This document shows, piece after piece, positions 23,560 through 36,559 of a stretch of 64,000 nt of DNA (positions are counted from its first letter, which is position 1; each line of letters opens with the position of its first letter). The DNA lies in contig CATNEN010000039.1 in assembly GCA_950097015.1 (NCBI GenBank), positions 4,526,001-4,590,000 on the forward strand. The letters run 5' to 3'. Source of the DNA: Macrostomum hystrix. Its lineage: Eukaryota > Animalia > Platyhelminthes. The notes beneath the pieces are model-generated. The model saw only the letters and a list, made by a program, of their open reading frames with translations, was not told the origin of the DNA and searched no databases. Both the position numbers and the translations under genes were made by a program.

Positions 23560-25260
23560 AAGTCTCGCATCTTGCACACAGTGTGCAGTCTAGAGCACGG
23601 ATCTGCGAAAAGCTGGTACCAACCAGGCACATGAAACGCACGAACTTCGACACCGCGCCTAACTGCGATTAGCATGGCAGTCTGAAAATGCGGCTGTAAC
23701 TCAGACTTGCGGCAGCAACCTCTATTAATCATGCCGACAGCGGCGCTTGAGTCAGAGTAGAACACCACAGAACTATTATTAAGCAAAGCACTCCAGCGCA
23801 CCATCGCAGGAGAGGAACAATGGCTTCTTTGTACGTAATATGCATGTCCTTGAACACTCCTGCGGCATCCAGTTCCCAGTTGACGTATAGCCAATCAACC
23901 ATGCCGTTAGCATTACGCAAAATAGCGCCACCACCAACACTGCTGGCATCCATCTCGATGACCCAGGAATTCGAATGACGCCTCCAAAGCTGAAACTCAG
24001 GAAACTGCAGAAGGGCGCTACGCCACCAGAATAAAATACGCACGGACAGTCGAACAGGGGCCTGAGGAAACAGCTCCCAGAATGCACCACCTGAACGACC
24101 CAACTGAGCTTGCCACAGAGCGACGAAAGCTGGCGCTTCGAGAGGCGCCTACGCTGCGAGAAGCTAAGCAGAGTATCGCGCAACACCTCACACTTCTCAG
24201 CCGGAATTCCGAGAAGGCCACGCACGGTATCGATCTTAACTCCGAGGTACACCAGACATTGAGTTGGCTCCACCAGCTTGCTCCAGTTGACGCCAAATCC
24301 GAGTTCGCGTACCAATCTGATCAGCTCGTTAAGGGCCTTCATGCACTCCTCCTTACTCTCCGCGGCAACCAGGAAGTCATCCAGGTAGACTGACACGTTG
24401 CTATGGCCACGCCGCACCATCATTCTCTTGACCATCTGGGTCAGTCGGTAGAAAATCTCGACCGAGGCGCAGCTTCCGAATGGCAGCCGTGTGTCAACGA
24501 GCCACGTCAGGTCTTGACTGCCTTTAAAACGCCATCCAATGTAAGTCGCCTTGTAACACACTAAAAGTGGGGAACGAACCTCGCGCTGGCAGACCGAGAC
24601 CGGTTTCTGGCTTGTTTGCCTTCGTCAGTCAGCCATAGCAACACGCCGTCCTCTCCCACCACTCTTAGTGTCCTTTTAACCTTGCCATTTTTATGGCGAT
24701 ACTTTTTAGTGTTATGTGAGAGTTTTGCAGCCAAGTATTTGCTTTTCTACTGTTGTCAGTAGTCTGAATTGCATCTCTCACACGCCTGATAGTCCTCCGG
24801 GTGAATAGCAACACTTCTGTAGGCCTGGGAGAGATCGAGCTTAGCCATAAACCAACCTTTTCCAATTGAGACGCGACTTCCTTGACGGACTCGAACTTTG
24901 GGCTGAGCTTTTTCGAATAGTTGTCATTAACCGAGCAGCCTATGGGCTTGCTGCAGTCGTGAATGAGGCGAACTTTCCCATTGTCTTTAGCAATGGCGCC
25001 CAGAGGGCTCACCATAGTTGGCTTCTCGGCAACCACCAGATATCTACCATTGTCGATCTCCTCTTTTATCTGCAGCTCAACAGCACGATGATAAGCATCG
25101 GTTGACATGTAATTAGCATGAAAAGTTTCCTGAAGCACTTTCCTGAAGCAGTAATTCGAAAACCATTAGCGATGCCGTCTAAAATAAAATCGCGATCCGG
25201 ATCATCCAACAGCTCCGACTTCCACGAACAAAAAACGCAGACTCAGACTCAAACGCAGAT
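23560..25260 (-). pseudogene. Reverse transcriptase + RNase H of the Ngaro element, disrupted
   Basis: SPLGAIAKDNGKVRLIHDCS, MAKLDLSQAYR, RLPFG, YLDDF, YLGVKID; RNase H EMDAS, HITYKE, FYSDS, HVPG..ADPCSR. Frameshifts near 24860, 24045 and 23810, plus a solo-LTR insertion. Confidence 0.88.
24552..24782. mobile_element. Solo LTR (231 bp) inserted in the Ngaro RT
   Basis: TGTAA...TCACA termini flanked by 5-bp TSD CGCCT (24547-24551 and 24783-24787). Removing it restores HPEDYQATYIGWRF. Confidence 0.85.
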
Positions 25261-25321
25261 AAAATTGATATTAGGCCGCTCACTGGACGGGTTCTCGGGA
25301 TTAAAATTGGGCCTGCCGCTA

Positions 25322-25750
25322 TTAGTTTTTTGTGGGGTGGTTGGCCTCCGGGTGGGCCTCAAAGCAGATGCGGCAGACGTGCCGGAATTTGCAACTTGAC
25401 CGGAAGCAGCCCCTGCGGTTGAAATGCAAGCAGATTTCCTCCCCGTCTGGGGTCCTGAGGCTCCTGGGGTCTATTGGCTTCTGGTTCTGAAAGCGCTGCT
25501 GCCGAGACTGCGATTTGCTGCCGGATTGGCAGGAGGTCCGGCTTTGATCAAATGCTTCGCCACAAGCTGAAAGGACTCGGCTTTCTGCTCTTGTAAGTAA
25601 TTCGCCCTCCAGCTCCATTAGCTAGGACCTCTTCCTGCTCAAAACCATCCAAGAAGTCGCGAATCAGAAGAGCTTTGCGCCGGCCAGGGCACGCGGCACT
25701 CGGATTCGCCCTGTCCTGCAACAGCAGTCTTTCCAGCAGCTCACTGCGAT
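25322..25750 (-). pseudogene. gag-like ORF1 remnant of the Ngaro element
   Basis: C-terminal CLHFNRRGCFRSSCKFRHVCRICFEAHP zinc finger typical of YR-retroelement gag; upstream part broken and cut by a minisatellite. Confidence 0.75.
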
Positions 25751-25756
25751 TCTCAC

Positions 25757-26609
25757 TGGATTGGTTCCAGTCAGCTGACAGACATGAGGATGTGTTCCAG
25801 TCAACTGACAGACACGAGGATTGGTTCCAGTCAACTGACAGACATGACGATGTGTTCCAGTCAACTGACAGACATGAGGATGTTTTCCAGTCAACTGACA
25901 GACATGAGGATGTGTTCCAGTCATCTGACAGACATGAGGATTGGTTCCAGTCAACTGACAGACACGAGGATTGGTTCCAGTCAACTGACAGACATGACGA
26001 TGTGTTCCAGTCAACTGACAGACATGAGGATGTTTTCCAGTCAACTGACAGACATGAGGATGTGTTCCAGTCATCTGACAGACATGAGGATTGGTTCCAG
26101 TCAACTGACAGACACGAGGATTGGTTCCAGTCAGCTGACAGACATGAGGATTGGTTCCAGTCAACTGACAGACATGAGGATTGGTTCCAGTCAACTGACA
26201 GACACGAGGATTGGTTCCAGTCAGCTGACAGACATGAGGATTGGTTCCAGTCAACTGACAGACACGAGGATGTGTTCCAGTCAACTGACGGGCATGAGGA
26301 TGTGTTCCAGTCAGCTGACAGGCATGAGGATGTGTTCCAGTCAGCTGACAGGCATGAGGATGTGTTACAGTCAGCTGACAGACATAAGGATGTGTTCCAG
26401 TCAGCTGACAGGCATGAGGATATGTTCCAGTCAGCTGACAGGCATGAGGATGTGTTACAGTCATCTGACAGGCATGAGGATGTGTTCCAGTCAACTGACA
26501 GACATGAGGATGTGTTCCAGTCAGCTGACAGGCATGAGGATGTGTTCCAGTCAGCTGACAGACATGAGGATTGGTTCCAGTCAACTGACAGACATGAGGA
26601 TGGGTTCCA
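25757..26609. repeat. Minisatellite, 30-bp unit TTCCAGTCA(A/G)CTGACAGACATGAGGAT(GTG/TGG), ~28 copies
   Basis: Direct reading; abuts the truncated 5' end of the Ngaro element. Confidence 0.96.
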
Positions 26610-27074
26610 AGCTGTTTCGTAAGGTCAGGCAATGCTATTAGTCAATACGATGTTCAGCAATGCGCAGGGACTCAAATATTTTTCCTGCATTGCTGAACGG
26701 ATAAACAAACTCGTACCTATAATAAATATTTCCATCACTCAGAAAGTAAAAGTGTCCTCTTGATATCCAGTTCAATGTTCGAGTTGTCACCAGTCGCGTC
26801 CGTGTCGGAAACATGGCATGAGTCTAGAGCGATCCACTGACGAAATTCTCGCGTAGGGCATTTCCAATGAAAATAAGAAAACTAAAATTTCAAGAATCAA
26901 TTTTAAAAAAGCAAATACTTAAATAGGCAACGATCATAATGTGCTCAATGTTGCTTCATTTTCTTGTTATTTGGGTGAAGGAAACGAATGATGCCAGAAA
27001 GACTTACAGAACCATAATTTGTAAGTCCGAGGTTCTATCCACTCAAATCCTGAAAATTAACATCCTTTACAATT

Positions 27075-28152
27075 ACATCCCCAACATTCACATCCCAACA
27101 TTCACATCCCCAACATTCACATCCCCAACATTTACATCCCCAACATTCACATCCCAAACATTCACATCCCCAACATTTACATTCCCAACATTCACATCTC
27201 CAGCATTCACAACCCCAACATTCACATCCCCAACATTCACATTCCCAAAACATTCACATCCCCAGCATTCACATCCTCAACATTCACATACCCAACATTC
27301 ACATCCTCAACATTCACATCCCAAACATTCACATCCCCAACATTCACATTCCCAACATTCACATCCCCAACATTCACATTCCCAGCATTCACATACCCAA
27401 CATTCACATCCTCAACATTCACATTCCCAACATTCACATACCCAACATTCACATCCTCAACATTCACATCCCAAACATTCACATACCCAACATTCACATC
27501 CTCAACATTCACATCCCAAACATTCACATCCCCAACATTCACATTCCCAACATTCACATCCCCAACATTCACATTCCCAGCATTCACATACCCAACATTC
27601 ACATCCTCAACATTCACATTCCCAACATTCACATACCCAACATTCACATCCCCAACATTCACATCCCCAACATTCACATTCCCAACATTCACATACCCAA
27701 CATTCACATCCTCAACATTCACATCCCAAACATTCACATCCCCAACATTTACATTCCCAACATTCACATCTCCAGCATTCACAACCCCAACATTCACATC
27801 CCCAACATTCACATTCCCAAAACATTCACATCCCCAGCATTCACATCCTCAACATTCACATTCCCAACATTCACATCCCCAAAATTCACATCCCCAACAT
27901 TCACATCCTCAACATTCACTTCCCCAACATTTACATCCCCAACATTCCCATCCCCAAGATTCACATCCTCAACATTCACATCCCCAGCATTCACATTCCA
28001 AACATTCACATCCTCATCATTTACATTCCCAACATTCACATCCCCAACATTCACATCTCCAGCATTCACATCCTCATCATTTACATTCCCAACATTCACA
28101 TCCCCAACATTCACATCCCCAACATTCACATCCCCAACATTCACGACCCCAA
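27075..28152. repeat. Minisatellite, 15-bp unit CATTCACATCCCCAA
   Basis: Direct reading. Confidence 0.95.
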
Positions 28153-28744
28153 TCTTTTTATATCAATTCAAAACACCCTGGAATCCCAACAGTCGCGCAA
28201 ATGTTCAAATTCTTCAAAATACTGAACTATAGCAATACCTGCCTTTGCAATCGAATTTTCAATTGCAATGAGTTGATTGAATCTTTGAAGCAAATTTCGT
28301 TCAGGACTGCAATATTCGTGCCAATTATCGGAATTCTCCTTGGCGACGCCCTTCCGATCGAATTGTGCAGGTGTCAAAACACTTTGAAGTGGCTCGAAAA
28401 CTTCCGCTGAAACTATTTCGCAGATTTTCCAAAATCACGCCGTTTGCTTGGCAACAATTGGCAAGAATGCCGCGCCTATGTTTTGTCACTGTGCGTTTTG
28501 CTATTTCGCTAAACGTTTTAAAATTGTGTGAAAAGCTTAAGAAAAGCGAATGCGAAAAAATGTAAAGTGCTTTAAGTTTTAGCAACAAACTATTGTTCTG
28601 ATTCCTCAGTGCCAGGTGTGAATAATCTTTTTTTGCCCATGTTAAATTGGGAGTATTAGTTGAACGGGATTTCCGTACCAAATTATCAAGTTGTCTCGAG
28701 ATACTGCTAAATCATGAACTGAACAGATACTGTACACTGGCACA

Positions 28745-28928
28745 CACTCACACAGGTGTGTACATCTGCCCTGCCTTTCTCATCTTTAGGCAGTGTACAC
28801 TCTCACTGTGCCTTAGATGTTGGCCTTCAAAGGGCGAAAGTTGCACGACAAGCCTCCAAGCCTTCTCTCCCCCCGGCGGAATCGAGCTCAGGGACCTTGT
28901 TGCGAGAGGCAAAGGCGTGGCGACCACG
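28745..28928 (-). mobile_element. tRNA-derived SINE family 1, reverse copy
   Basis: Reverse complement matches 12770-12978; its 5' A-box end merges into the adjacent minisatellite. Confidence 0.8.
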
Positions 28929-29334
28929 CCTGGTAGTGGCGCCCCTGGTTGTGGCGCCCCCTGGTAGTGGCGTCCCTCCCTGGTAGTGGCGCTGCCTGGT
29001 AGTGGCGCCCCTGGTTGTGGCGCCCCCTGGTAGTGGCGCCCCTGGTTGTGGCGCCCCCTGGTAGTGGCGTCCCTCCCTGGTTGTGGCGCCCCTGGTTGTG
29101 GCGCTGCCTGGTAGTGGCGCCCCTGGTTGTGGCGCCCCCTGGTAGTGGCGTCCCTCCCTGGTTGTGGCGCCCCCTGGTAGTGGCGCTGCCTGGTAGTGGC
29201 GCCCCTGGTTGTGGCGCTGCCTGGTTGTGGCGCCCCCTGGTTGTGGCGCTGCCTGGTTGTGGCGCCCCCTGGTTGTGGCGCCCCCTGGTTGTGGCGCCCC
29301 CTGGTTGTGGCGCTGCCTGGTTGTGGCGCCCCCA
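28929..29334. repeat. GC-rich minisatellite, 15-19-bp GG(T/A)TGTGGCGCCCCCT-like variants
   Basis: Direct reading. Confidence 0.92.
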
Positions 29335-30095
29335 GAGGCGCGGCTCCCTTAGAAAAATTCCTTGCTACACGAATGATGTACACAGCCTTTGAAATTGTCC
29401 CGCAATAGTTGTGGCTGCAGCACTGGCTGTGCATCTGATCAAACTTGGGTACACAATCTGTCTGTCTGTTTATTCAGTACCAAAACACTCGTGCTCATAC
29501 TTGTGCAGCATTTGTTGTGGAGAATTAGGCTTATTTTCTGCTTGAGCAACAAGCAAGAGAAGAAGAATAACTCTTTCTGCTTTTTCACACCTGCATATAT
29601 CGTTGAGGTCTCGCAAGAGGTCAGTCAGTCAGTCAGTCAGCATGTACAGGCCAGGCCTTGAGGTGAAAATTGTCTTGGTGGGAATCATTGCTTTTTTACC
29701 CTGATTTAGTGTGAAGTTGGCAGACTTTGCCCCTAGGCGAAATTGTGACACATCCCATTTCACCTCAGCTGTACATAGCAATTATCTGACATCTGCATGC
29801 ACTGCTCAATCCATTTTTAGCAGCCTCATTTTCAGATCACTATAAAACGATAGAAGACGTTTTCGTCACGTTTCACGTCCCGATTTATGACAGCAAACTG
29901 ACCTTCAGATCACATCCGATTTCAAAACTAATGCGGCGATTAGGAACTAGCCATTTATCCATTCAGGTGCAACACCTCAATCGAAAGAACTTAACCTTGT
30001 TAGCCATTTGACCAGCATATTTATGATTCCATTTAACAAGCCCAAATGACCCTTCGCACGAAATTTATCAAAATGAACCAATATTTAAAATACCA

Positions 30096-30982
30096 CAATG
30101 ATCTCATAGCAATAGCCACAATGACCCATTCTTGAAGTAACTCAATGATCTCATAGCAATAGCCACAATGACCCATTCTTGAAGTAACTCAATGATCTCA
30201 TAGCAATAGCCACAATGACCCATTCTTGAAGTAACTCAATGATCTCATAACAATAGCCACAATGACACATTATTGAAGTAACTCAATGATCTCATAGCAA
30301 TAGCCACAATGACCCATTCTTGAAGTAGTTCAATGATCTCATAGCAATAGCCACAATGACCCATTCTTGAAGTAATTCAATGATCTCATAGCAATAGCCA
30401 CAATGACCCATTATTGAAGTAATTCAATGATCTCATAGCAATAGCCACAATGACCCATTCTTGAAGTAATTCAATGATCTCATAGCAATAGCCACAATGA
30501 CCCATTATTGAAGTAATTCAATGATCTCATAGCAATAGCCACAATGACCCATTCTTGAAGTAACTCAATGATCTCATAACAATAGCCACAATGACACATT
30601 ATTGAAGTAACTCAATGATCTCATAGCAATAGCCACAATGACCCATTCTTGAAGTAATTCAATGATCTCATAGCAATAGCCACAATGACCCATTCTTGAA
30701 GTAATTCAATGATCTCATAGCAATAGCCACAATGACCCATTCTTGAAGTAATTCAATGATCTCATAGCAATAGCCACAATGATCCATTCTTGAAGTAACT
30801 CAATGATCTCATAGCAATAGCCACAATGACCCATTCTTGAAGTAACTCAATGATCTCATAGCAATAGCCACAATGACCCATTCTTGAAGTAACTCAATGA
30901 TCTCATAGCAACAGCCACAATGACCCATTTTTGAAGTAATTCAATGATCTCATAGCAATAGCCACAATGACCCATTTTTGAA
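30096..30982. repeat. Minisatellite, 47-bp unit CAATGATCTCATAGCAATAGCCACAATGACCCATTCTTGAAGTAA(C/T)T, ~19 copies
   Basis: Direct reading; no spacers. Confidence 0.96.
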
Positions 30983-31348
30983 ACACCACAAATACTATAC
31001 CTAACCGTGTGATGGGCTCAACCTCACCTTCCATATTGATAAGTCCAATTGATCGAATCATGAAAAAAATGTTGTTAATAAGAAAGCAAATGACTGAAAA
31101 CATTTAAAGTTAGAATGTACAATTTCATATCAGATTCATAACAAGCTTTATTAGTGTGTAAATACGCTACAATGTGATATCAATACACACATTATATGCA
31201 CTAAATTCACGACACAAACGAAAAAGTAATTTCCGATAGTATTATACTACTATAAGTAGAAAAAGCACATATCAGTGAATAGCTGCAGTGGAGCTAAAAA
31301 GCAGGAATTATCAATGGGTTTCTAAAGGTGCATATTAGTTCAAGCGAC

Positions 31349-34300
31349 TTAAAACTTTCTCTGATCCAGGTGTGGCTGCCAGTGATAATAAGCCGGTGCG
31401 TAGGACATCATGCCAGGCTGGTTGCCATAGTAACCCTGCCATAATGCGTCTGTCGTGGCCTCGCGTTTCATCACCACGGCCAGAAGCGAACCACTCTCGC
31501 CGGCCTCTCGATGGGTCGCGTCCTTTTCAGCGGCGCCTTCGTTGGCGGCTGAGGCTGCGGCAGCAACGGCGGCTGCGGCAGCGGCTGCCACCACGGCGCT
31601 GTGACTGATCTTCTTTGAGCCTCTGTAAAACAGGAATAGGTGTGAATTGCTAAGAAACAATAGTAAAACTCCTAGAAACAGGAATTACCATTAAAGAAAA
31701 TAAATATATGTCTAAGTAAAACTAGAGAACTTCTTAGAGACCAGGGTCAATTTCTTAGAAACAACAATAGATTTGCTAGAAACAAGACAAAAAATGTTGG
31801 AAAAAATCTTAGATATAAAAATAAAAACTTTTTCATAGAAGCCAAATAATTTTTTCGCATATAAAAAATAAATTTCTTTGAAACAGGAGTCGAACAAAGG
31901 TAGATTTTTTACAAAGAAAACCGAATCCTTTAAAATTAACGTTGTTTCCTAAGAAACAAGAGTCAATTTCTTAGAAACAGGAGTCCAATTTCAAAGAAAC
32001 AAAAGTCGATTTTTATAGAAAAAAAGCCAATCTCTTAGAGACAAAAGTTTTTCTTTGAAAAATGAGTCGATTTTATAACAAACAAAAGTTCATTTCTTAA
32101 AAACAAAAGTTTTTTTTAGAAAAATAGTACATTTATTTGTAAGGAAAGTCGATTTCTTAGAACCAGATATCGATGTCTCGGAAACAAGAGTAGATATCTT
32201 AGAATCACGGGGAGATTTCCTAGAAAAAATATTTCAATTCTTACAAACAAGAGTCAATTTCTTAGAAACAAGACTCGATTCCATTGAAACAGGGAGAAAT
32301 TTCTAGAAAAAATACATTATTTCTTTGAACAAGAGTACATTTCTTAGAAACACTTGTCGATTGCTAGAACATAAAATCGCTCACCTCTTGCCGGTGACCC
32401 GGAAACCTTTTGCGAATGGGTTGCAGTCGATTTTAAGCTGGGTGATGCGCTGGTTCTGGTAGGCTGTCACCGCAATGAACTCGGCTAAAGGAAAGTCGAA
32501 ACTGCCGTATGCCACAAAGCGAGAGGGCAGCCAGCGAGACTCCTCGATCTCGGCCACGTAGAGCCGCGGCCGGTACTTGTGCATGCTGTTCAGGATGATC
32601 TGGACAAGTGGGATTCGGGTATGGAGAGTGATGTCAGTCGTTTAATAATATTGATTTCACAATCAATTATAAGTTTCTCTTGAATCTAAATAGTTCATTG
32701 TGGCATCTGGGAATTTCGTGCTGGGATACAAGCGTCTTGAAGTGGGTTCTGAGGATTATTTTGCTGTGGGATATACGCAAGGATTGTATTGTTGAATCTC
32801 TTAAATTTAGAGTGAGGTCTGAGGATTAAAAATTTGGATGTAAGGATTTTAAATTAGGATTTGCGGTTTTTTTTGGAAACTTTGGATTTTAAAATGGGAT
32901 TTGAGGGTTTCTAACTGCTGTGGGATCTTACGACTTAACGGTGGGATCTGAGTATTCATCAGTGGGATCTGGGGATTCATCAGTGGGATCTGAGGATTCA
33001 TCAGTGGGATCTGAGGATTCATCAGTGGGATCTGAGGATTCATCAGTGGGATCTGGGGATTCATCAGTGGGATCTGAGGATTATTCAGTGGGATCTGAGG
33101 ATTATTCAGTGGGATCTGAGGATTTTTCAGTGGGATCTGAGGATTATTCGGTGGGATCTGAGGATTTTTCAGTGGGATCTGAGGATTATTCGGTGGGATC
33201 TGAGGATTTTTCAGTGGGATCTGAGGATTTTTCAGTGGGATCTGAAGATTTTTCAGTGGGATCTGAAAATTTTTCAGTGGGATCTGAGGATTATTCGGTG
33301 GGATCTGAGGATTATTCAGTGGGATCTGAGGATTTTTCAGTGGGATCTGAGTATCAAAATGTGATAGCGTCTCTCACGTGGCCATGCGGGTCCATGTTGT
33401 TGTTTGTCAACTTCATCCTGAGAAAGCTGACGGGCTGCTTGAGCCAGTGCGCGCCGGTGGCTGGCGAGTCGGGGTGCATGAAGCAACGATGAGCTGGCGC
33501 CGGCTCGCCCTTGCCGACCACCTGCCAGTGGCTGCTCTGGAACTTCCAGCGGCAGTCGGCCACGGGCTCCATTGTGAGGTACACGCAGTAACGCTTCTCC
33601 GCCTCCAAGCCCGACAGGCGCAGCTTCAACGAAGGGAACATCCGCCTGCCGGACTTTGTGATGATCATCTCGGTGCCGACAGAGGCGAAGGCCTCCCAGA
33701 GCCGGCGATCATCTATCTCGGCGGTCACCTGAGGGCCAAGGCGGCGAAGAGGCGGCGGCGGAGGCGGCTGCAGCTGAGGCGATGGCGACTGGTGCAGCCA
33801 GGTGTTCTGCTGCTGCTGCTGATGGAGCAGTTGCGGATGCTGGAAGTGCGCGTGTTGCAGAGGCTGCATCTCCTGTGACTGGCTGTGCTGCGAGTAGGGA
33901 AACGGATGCGGAGGCTGCGGCGAGGACTCGTCGTCTGGACAGGCTGGAGGCTCTGAAAATGCAATGGGGATCAGGTAAAATATTATACTCCTGTGAAGTT
34001 CTGGCAAGGGGGATTTCATATTCTTAGAATTCACAGCCTGTGTGCAAAAGAGGCAAAATACTGCTGTGTTAGTCGGTTCTCAGTCGCGTTCCCATAATCG
34101 ATGTAATTCAGCAGCAGCAGCAGCAGGGGCAGCAGTAAATAAGAAATTATCGCATACATAATTGTTATTTGGCAGGAAAATTTCATAGCCGCCATAAACA
34201 ACGAATTCAAATTTCAAAGCCTGAATTTGAGATGCCTCTAGAAATTGAATTACAGAGATGGGGTCTAATGCGCACGGGGATAATTGACCGAAAGGGGCCC

Positions 34301-35773
34301 TAAATTACCGTGCCGAGTATATCCATGCTAAATAAGTAAACAAATCATAAGGGAATGTCAATGGGATTGGGATATTTGCCTTACAAAAAAGCTGGCCATC
34401 AATTATGCGCGAACCCTTAATTCCCTCTCCTGTGAGGGCTCTAAAATTCACATTTTTACCTATACTAAATATGAAACTAAGCTCAAAGGGAAAGACAAAC
34501 AAGTTGCTTTTCGACTTCAGCTCTCTCCAGTGGGATGGTCTCTCCAGTGGTGAGATCCTAATCCCATATCTCACCGGTTAAATTTAAATTTCACTAGACT
34601 TTGCTGGTTTGAAAAGAAACTGTGTTTTTGCATTTCAGCAGGAACAGAAAGAAGCTTTAGTTATAATATAATTAAAAATTATAAGGGCTGTCTAACAGTG
34701 GCTGTCTTCACCGTGCTTTCTTATTTAAATGTTTTTGGCGAAAAGGATGATTTAAACAAATAAACTTTCAACACGCTCACCAAGAAATAAGATCAGTAAG
34801 ATTTGAATAGATAAGGAACCCACAACAAGCCCAGACCTTGAGGCCGTGAGGGTCGTAAAGTCCGTAAACAAAAAGCGGCCTGCCCAGCCTTGACTGCTGG
34901 GTGTGTTGTGTTGGATGTTTTTTGTAAGGAAGAAACTGTTCTATCTAAAGAGCGATGTACACAACCAGTAGGCGAGACCTCCTTGTCCGCCCATGTACAG
35001 TCAGGGGGGGAACGGACTTAAAATCCAAAACGAGTCTGCGGGAGAGGGCACCACACCCCAACCCCAAACCCCACACAGCCAAATAAATTTAATTGGATTA
35101 AAGAATGAAATCATCAGACAGCCGACAAGACTGTCTGAAGCATCGTCTGGTGCTTCCCACTTTATAGCTTAGCCTGATTATTAAAATAACCGGCCATGGA
35201 TTCATGATAAGAATAGAATTAAGCGAATATGTTTTTAACTCGTTACAAGACACATTATGCTATCCTATGTTGTATGTAAGCTCTGTCTTAGAATTGATGT
35301 ATTGTATTTGTAATGTCATGAATTGTTTGTATTTATTTCAGTAAACATCGTGAGGTCATGTGGGTTTTTTTTAAACATTTGGTACCTAACCCGTCTTTTG
35401 TTTACCAATTTTAGTTAAGTGCCTAAAAACTTATTTTATAAAGAGGTTCGAATACCTACTTAAACAAGCTTAAATTAGACTGGCCGCAATGGATAGCTTA
35501 ATGAACAGTTAATGATTGAAAGTCATTTAGTATTCCTCTCTCCTCAGGATCATGCTTACCTTGAAATCCAAAGCCACTGGCGTTAGCAGCAGAAGCTGTG
35601 ACGTCACCATAGTGATAGTCTGTCGTGTAGGCCGCAGCTGCGGCGGCCGCCATGGCCAAGTTGCCTGGCATATCGTTGGGGCTCGCGACGCCAGCACCAT
35701 TGCCGAAGCTCTGAGCGCTCTGAGCATGGCCCAGGCGGGCATTCCAGCTGCCGGGATCGCAGACTCCGTACAT
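31349..35773 (-). CDS. TBX6: T-box transcription factor, Tbx6-like, 4 exons
   Basis: Exons ~35773-35560, 33952-33378, 32599-32385, 31622-31349 (GT-AG, phases compatible). Complete T-box: [74 protein letters not shown]-box family is certain; the Tbx6 subfamily call is by eye and less certain. Confidence 0.88.
31650..32370. repeat. Degenerate ~21-bp tandem repeat (TTCTTAGAAACAAGAGTCAAT-like) in T-box intron 3
   Basis: Recurrent TTAGAAACAA/GAGTC(G/A)ATTT motifs. Confidence 0.6.
32920..33352. repeat. Minisatellite, 21-bp unit AGTGGGATCTGAGGATT(CAT/ATT/TTT)C
   Basis: Direct reading; T-box intron 2. Confidence 0.94.
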
Positions 35774-36559
35774 GCTCAAAAACTGAACTGGTGAACTTAA
35801 TAAAACTTAGGGCAACAGGATTTTGTTTACTAATTGCTCCTTGCTTCTCTTTCCGCCTGTGTTGTGTCGCTCTTAGGGCAGGACAGCTCGGATTAAATAT
35901 CCAGTTTAAGAATAAAGCCTCTCAGTTAGTAGGAAGGGGTTGTGGGCCAGCTGGGCTGCTATTGGCTGGAGCCCTGCGCACACACTCTGCCCCACCCCTA
36001 TCCACAACTTGCCGCCGAACCCAAGGAATGTGAGCAAAGCTGTGTTTCTCTATGGACTCGCAAGTCAATTGAAAGTCGCTAATATCAATCCCGCTTGTCA
36101 CCTTGACTTCTGAATCCATTTTAACGACGCCGTCTTTGATGCCGCAATTGAAGCCCGCCCGCAAAAAGTTTGCAGACAGCAGTGAGAACGGGTCCCGACA
36201 AAGCCTATCCGCTAATTCTCGACAGCCTCACGAAAATAAAAAAGTGAATGAACCGATGCAAAAATCCTTTGTTTGAGACAAGAAATTCTCGCAGAAGAAA
36301 AAGCTTTGGTTTATTTCAATGGAAAAGTGCTAGCGAGCCGAACCGAAAGTCAAGATCAAAGCGCAATTGCCGCCACTCGCAAAAGCACATCTGACCCCTA
36401 TGCTGCAGATTCAGCGTTGGTAGAAGCATAGTTGACAAGTTTAAATTTCCCGGGTTTCATAGAACAGATTATCCATGCACTTCGAACTAATTGCATTTTT
36501 TCTTCTGAAGACGAAGTCATAATATTCGTGTAGCCATGCAGATAAAGCTTTCAATGTTT

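Larger units (their letters stand above)
21991..25750 (-). mobile_element. Ngaro-type tyrosine-recombinase (DIRS-order) retrotransposon, 5'-truncated and frameshifted
   Basis: Order gag zinc finger, RT, RNase H, YR on the minus strand; no methyltransferase domain; 3' end has a 60-bp direct repeat flanking a 308-bp segment (B1-A2-B2 layout). Confidence 0.88.

Noticed and set aside
17022-30982. CRISPR-like appearance of the 30-47-bp arrays with palindromes
   Set aside because: Units are head-to-tail with no unique spacers, there are no cas genes, and the context is eukaryotic
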